Assembly: GCF_009914755.1 (NCBI RefSeq)
Contig: NC_060925.1
Source: the human T2T-CHM13v2.0 reference genome, Homo sapiens
Strand: one strand, 5' to 3'
DNA length: 64,000 nucleotides
Position numbers and translations under genes: made by a program. The notes under the pieces are model-generated. The model worked only from the letters and a program-made list of their open reading frames with translations, did no database searches and was not told the DNA's origin. Shown here in pieces: positions 56,560-64,000 of the stretch. Each line of letters starts with the position of its first letter. Within the stretch, counting starts at the first letter, position 1.

Positions 56560-57310
56560 TAGGGGTGGCCGCGAACCCCCTCGCAAATCTGTTGACTTCA
56601 CCGCAGGGCTGATGCGCGCAGCATAGAGGACGCTTGGGAGCGCCCGGCCACTGCCCGGTCCGCCGGCGCGGCGCCGCGTCGCACCCGGTCTTCTCTGCAC
56701 CCTGCGCCTTGCACCGGCTCCCTCTCCCGTTCGGGCGTGCGGCCCCCCTCAGACTCTGCCCTTGAGTTCCCAGCGCAGGCCGCACGTCACCGGCCGCCAG
56801 CGCGCGGACCGCGAAGCCAAGTGTCCCCCAAGCGGGGCTTGCTGTGTTTTCATCATTTCCCTTGCCTGGCCCGGGTTGCAGTGGTCAGCCGCAGCGGTCT
56901 GCTCCCGGCGGCGGCCCGAGGCTCCCCCGCCACCTCTTCTGTCCCGGCTGACTTAACTCTTCTCCCAAAGGGTGGTAAAGAGAGGGCCGCCGCCCCCCAG
57001 GGGGAAGACATCCTCTTGGGAGCCATACTTCCTTTATTAAACACCTCTCAATGTGGGCTTGGAGTCACATTCAGAGCCTCTGAGGCAGAGGGGTGCCTGC
57101 GGTCTGTTCCCAGGGAGCCGGGCCTAGGGTCTGTTCCTGGGAAGGATCTGTTCCGTGGGGCCCGCTGGAGCCGCGTTTTCAATATGCAAAGTGCCGGTGC
57201 TGTGCAGACCTCGGTGGTGGTGGTTTTGCATGCAGAAGTGAAATTCAGAAGGCCGCGTGTGAGCACGTGGGTGAGTGTGTGTATGTGCTAACACGCACGC
57301 GTATTAATTT
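56560..57310. promoter_or_regulatory. Intragenic CpG island in PBX1 intron 2
   Basis: Dense CpG, GC-rich non-repeat sequence (e.g. cgccggcgcggcgccgcgtcg); E-box CACGTG 57264-57269; donor-like GG|GTGAGT at 57271. Confidence 0.85.
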
Positions 57311-60300
57311 GCAGCTCCTTAGTTGGCCGTGTGTTGTCTCAGCTGTATTCGATAAATATTCGAGTTGTTGCTTTATGGTAATGAAATGAATTAAATAATA
57401 TAATCTGGAGTTACTGCAGAAACCCTCCCGTCTTTTCTGTCTCTCAGCTCTTACAGGGAGTGCGTCATCTTCCCCTAGGGAGATTTTTAACCCAAAGAAC
57501 CTTGATGTACTTTAAACAGCACTGACATTTGTTTTCCTTAAGCTCAGTCTGATTTCTTTAACACTTGAAGAAGGTTTGGGGCCTTCAGACATAGCTAGTT
57601 TCTTATATGGCGGCTTGTCTTGTCTCAGAGGAATGTTTAAAGGGGCTTCAAGCTGCCTTATTTTTACCAGTCTTCAGAAAATAGAGAATTGATTTTGGTA
57701 GTTTGCCCCCTCCTGCCCATGCACGCATAGTTGCCTCCCTTCCCCCACCTAGCCTGCTGGAGCCCAGGCAGGAAGGGGCTGTCATCATACACATGCCTAA
57801 GCCATATTACTTTATTTTTCTTCTTAGAAAGTTACACTAGGAAAGATGTTCTTGATGTGTGATTATTATTCTTAAGTGTATTCTAGTGCTTGCTTATTAT
57901 TGCTCTGTTACAGCTTCACAGGAAACCAGCAGGTCCTGCAGTAGACGGTCCAGAAACTTTCTATTGAATGAATGTGGGAGAGCTAGAAGTCAGGAAGGTT
58001 GAATTCCCTCATTACTTCGAAAATCTATAAATTAATTCCCTCTATAAATTTCCACCAGCCTAGTCTCTGATCCACCAGCTGGAGAATCAAGCCCATTATT
58101 AATTTCACAGGATGAATTTCTCATCCTAGTAACTCTGGGGGAGAGGACGAAAGGGTTATTATGTAGGTTGAGAGTTCTCTTGTTGCTTCTGACTGTTACA
58201 GATGTTGCAGCTAAAATATAAGCATAGCAATAATAATATCAGCAATGGTGATAGTAAAGAATGGAAATAACTGCTTCCTTCTGCTCCTGATTTGGACACC
58301 CCCATCCTCCTACTCATTTATTCTATTGACTCCTCTCTAGGTGTTTCAAGTAGAGATGTTTTGGTGACTTCCTAGGGGAGAGAAGCATCTCTCCAGTGGC
58401 TTCCATTTGGGTATAAGTATGCAAAGATTGTTTGTGTTGTCAAGATCCCACTGGAGTATATCTTCTTACCTATAATGTCACCTCCTGCATGTTGCCCTTT
58501 GTAAGTAGAGGTTATGGAAGCTCAATTATTTTTTAAGTAAGTTTCATAAAATATTTTTGAATGCCCTATGTTCTGGAGATGTTGGTGAAAACTCTTTATC
58601 TTCCACAGGTTGTATAGTGAAAAAGTTAAAAATGAATCTCTATCCTGGTTGGATTTATTTTTTCATTTGAGAAATACCGTTCAACATTTTTGTTTTAGAC
58701 CTCCTGGAGGGCATGATGGGACTGAAGAGTCTTTATTCCATTTTGGTCTAATTATTGCTTTAGCAAATATTTGTGAAACTTCTCCCATGCCTGAAGTGTT
58801 GTGACAGAGACTGAAAAATACAGATATGTGTGAGTTGTGGCCCTTACCCTCAAGGAGCTTCCAGGGGCCTGAATCATGGGCAGAATCAATGTGACATGGG
58901 CAGGTCCATCACTCCCAAAGCCCATGACAGGAGCCTGGAATGTGTTCCCCAGAGCCAGGAGTGTGGCTGTAAAGGTCATTCTTGACCAAAGTTCATTGCT
59001 GCCCTGGTGATACATGCAGAAGCATGCTTTCTTTGAATCAAGGAGTTCTAGTTTTTTTACCTGGATGCCTCAGAAATGTTCTATGTTTGAGTCCTTGCAT
59101 ACTGGGCCTTCCTGCCTTTCCTCAAGCACTGTAACCTCCTTTATTTCCTTTCTGCCTTTCCCCTTTCACTCTCTTTTGTTCTCTTCCTCCCCTCTACTGG
59201 GGCCTACCCACCCCTCCACGCCCTCCCCGCCCCCATTGCTATTTGCCAAACTTGTGACCTGAGACCACTTGGCATTTCCGTGGGATGGCTGAAATTTACC
59301 ACCCGCTGAATAGGCATTCTGTGACATTTGCTCACCTGGGCAGCTTAAGCTACATGGTCTGCTTCTGCCTTGAAGGAGTACTGAGAGGAAGTGTGAAATT
59401 TACCTCTGTGCTCCAGGGTTCTTGCTAGCAGGGAGACAAACAGCAATGCTTTCTAGAAGCTGGAATTAATTTTTATCATAGTGCACATATATGTTTATAC
59501 CCTACATTTATTATATATTCAATAAGTACATGTAGACAATTTGTGCATTGTCTTCCATTTTTTTAACAAATTAAATTTTCATGCTTAGCGTCATCTTTCA
59601 CTTTCATACCCTCCCCTTCTCTCCCTCCCTGCTAGTAGAACATACTGGGTTAACTTAATGCTCTTTGAGGCCTTGTGTCATTAGACCACCTGTCTCCTTA
59701 AGGTTTGTGATATTCCGTGTGATGTCTTTCTCACTGTGGCCTGCCCAGTCCTGCTGGTAAGGAAATAGCTGCCTGTCTCTTTGGATCAAACTGGTCTAGG
59801 AGCTTGTTCAGCCCAGTTACTGGGGCAGACCAGCCCTGGAGGCGTCTCTGACTCTTGGAACACACAGACAGCACAGTCTGTCTGTCCTGGCTGTCAGTCG
59901 AAGAAGGGAAACATGCAATATAGATGGTTAAGCTGTTACTTTATACTTGTGTGCTCCAAGTGATTTGAAGGAAAGAGTGCTCTGGGCCCCAGTAGTGGTG
60001 GATCATCCTGGAATGAAACTGAACAGAGAATGTCGGCAGAAGTGATGTTTCATACTTTCCTGTATGAAACAGGAGCCCAGAATTCTCCTGTTCATATGTA
60101 ATAGGAGTTAATGCATATTTAAAAAATGTGTTAGGTACAGCGCTATTATTACTCTGATTTTTAAGATGAGGAAACTGAGGCATAGAGAGTTTAGTGAATC
60201 TTCCTAAAGTCACATAGCTAATGAGAGAGAGGCTGACTTGGAGATTTTACTTGGTAAGTTTTACTAAGTGTAGATTTTTCTATGAAAATATTCATTCCCA

Positions 60301-60536
60301 TTGAGTGACAGCCCATCAAATTGTGATTCTTCCAAGGAAATCCAGTGGAATCTTACTTGGTTGTCCAAATAACAAATTGTCTGGCTCTACTCATTTCTGA
60401 TCCTGTTTCTCAGGTACAGAAATTTAATTATCTCATGACTGTGGCTGGCTGCAAAACAAGTAAAGAGGATAAGTTCAAAACTCGCCTTGAGCTTATTTCC
60501 TGATTTTCATTAGGCCTCTGCCTATTCTGTTTTTAG

Positions 60537-62992
<2,456 letters not shown>

Positions 62993-64000
62993 TAATTTCT
63001 AGTAAGAAGATGCTAGTGATATGATAGGCATTGCCCTCAACGACATGATAAAAAATTATATTTCATGTTTTACCATAGCCCTTTATGCATAACCCATCCA
63101 CAGCACTCATCAGATGTTATCATAATTATTGGTTTACTATGTAATTCTCTTGTTAGACTCAGAATTTCTTGAAAATGATGAACAGGATTTGTATGCTCAG
63201 CCCATAGTACATATTCAGTTAATATATTTTTGAATTGAAACACTGTTTTATCTGCTTATTCAAAAGGGGAAAATTTAATTTATTAACACTTACTGAGTAC
63301 TTGCTACTCTTTACTCTGAAATAAAAAGAGGGATGAATCAAAAGTCCCTGTCCTTGAGGAAGGTATGATTTACTGGGAATAAACATGTATTAATAGTTAT
63401 ATTGTACTCTAGCTGGATAATTGCTACATGATAGAAGTGTGAACATTCTTTTGTGAAATGACTTATAGATTGCTTAAACTACACTCTCATTACAGCCAGC
63501 TTCACCTTTTAGAATTTGGGGTTTGGATCTTTAAGCCAAGAGAGGCGGGAAAAAAAAAAAAAGAATAATAGGGCATGTGAGAGTTTTCTGAGAGGAGAGA
63601 GGCTATTGTCTTGTAGATTTGGTTTTTTGCTTCCATTCTTTTTTAGGGAAGAGGGTTCCATTCCTGGGCTAACTAACCCAGCCTCTCTGAATCTCAGGTC
63701 ACAGGGTGAGAGGGGAGTGGGGCCCCTCTTTTAGTCTACTCCTGACTTGACCTGGCAGCCTTAGCTGGGAGACACTGTTCCATTTTTCATGGGCAGCTGG
63801 AGTTGTGGCCACCATTGTGATTCTTGTGACTGGCTTACAGAAGAAACATGGTTCCTAAGAAGGCCAGGAGGGACAGTCCCTGAGACATACGTGTAAAATG
63901 AAGAGTATAAAAAGCAAATAACTACCACAACTGGTTTTATCCAGGGCTGTTAATTTTTAGATACTCATTGCTACACTTATTAGAAATAATGTTTACCTTA

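Noticed and set aside
56218-57291. 160-aa and 184-aa ORFs in the intronic CpG island
   Set aside because: Expected by chance in GC-rich DNA; Arg/Pro/Ala-rich with no homology I recognise.

Overview
Primate genomic DNA, very likely human (it carries an AluYa5 with all diagnostic bases), covering the 5' end of the TALE-homeobox gene PBX1 on the + strand. About 39 kb of repeat-dense upstream DNA (Alu, L2/MIR, ERV1 and MaLR LTRs, a full-length THE1 element, DNA transposons, a U7 snRNA retrocopy) is followed by the GC-rich promoter and 5' UTR, coding exon 1 (40087-40277), coding exon 2 (43496-43569) and the first ~20 kb of intron 2, which contains a second CpG island. Apart from the PBX1 exon 1 frame, the ORFs in the track look like Alu/L1/LTR-derived or chance ORFs. 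I found no new protein-coding system. The most interesting signals are: (i) several local templated duplications, one preserving the empty site of a young AluYa5; (ii) PBX/PREP and PBX/HOX motifs in PBX1's own promoter and intron; (iii) a candidate intragenic promoter with a consensus splice donor; (iv) LTRs with intact tandem GAS or AP-1 motifs upstream of PBX1. Repeat subfamily names come from memory of consensus sequences and repeat boundaries are approximate; both need RepeatMasker/Dfam confirmation.
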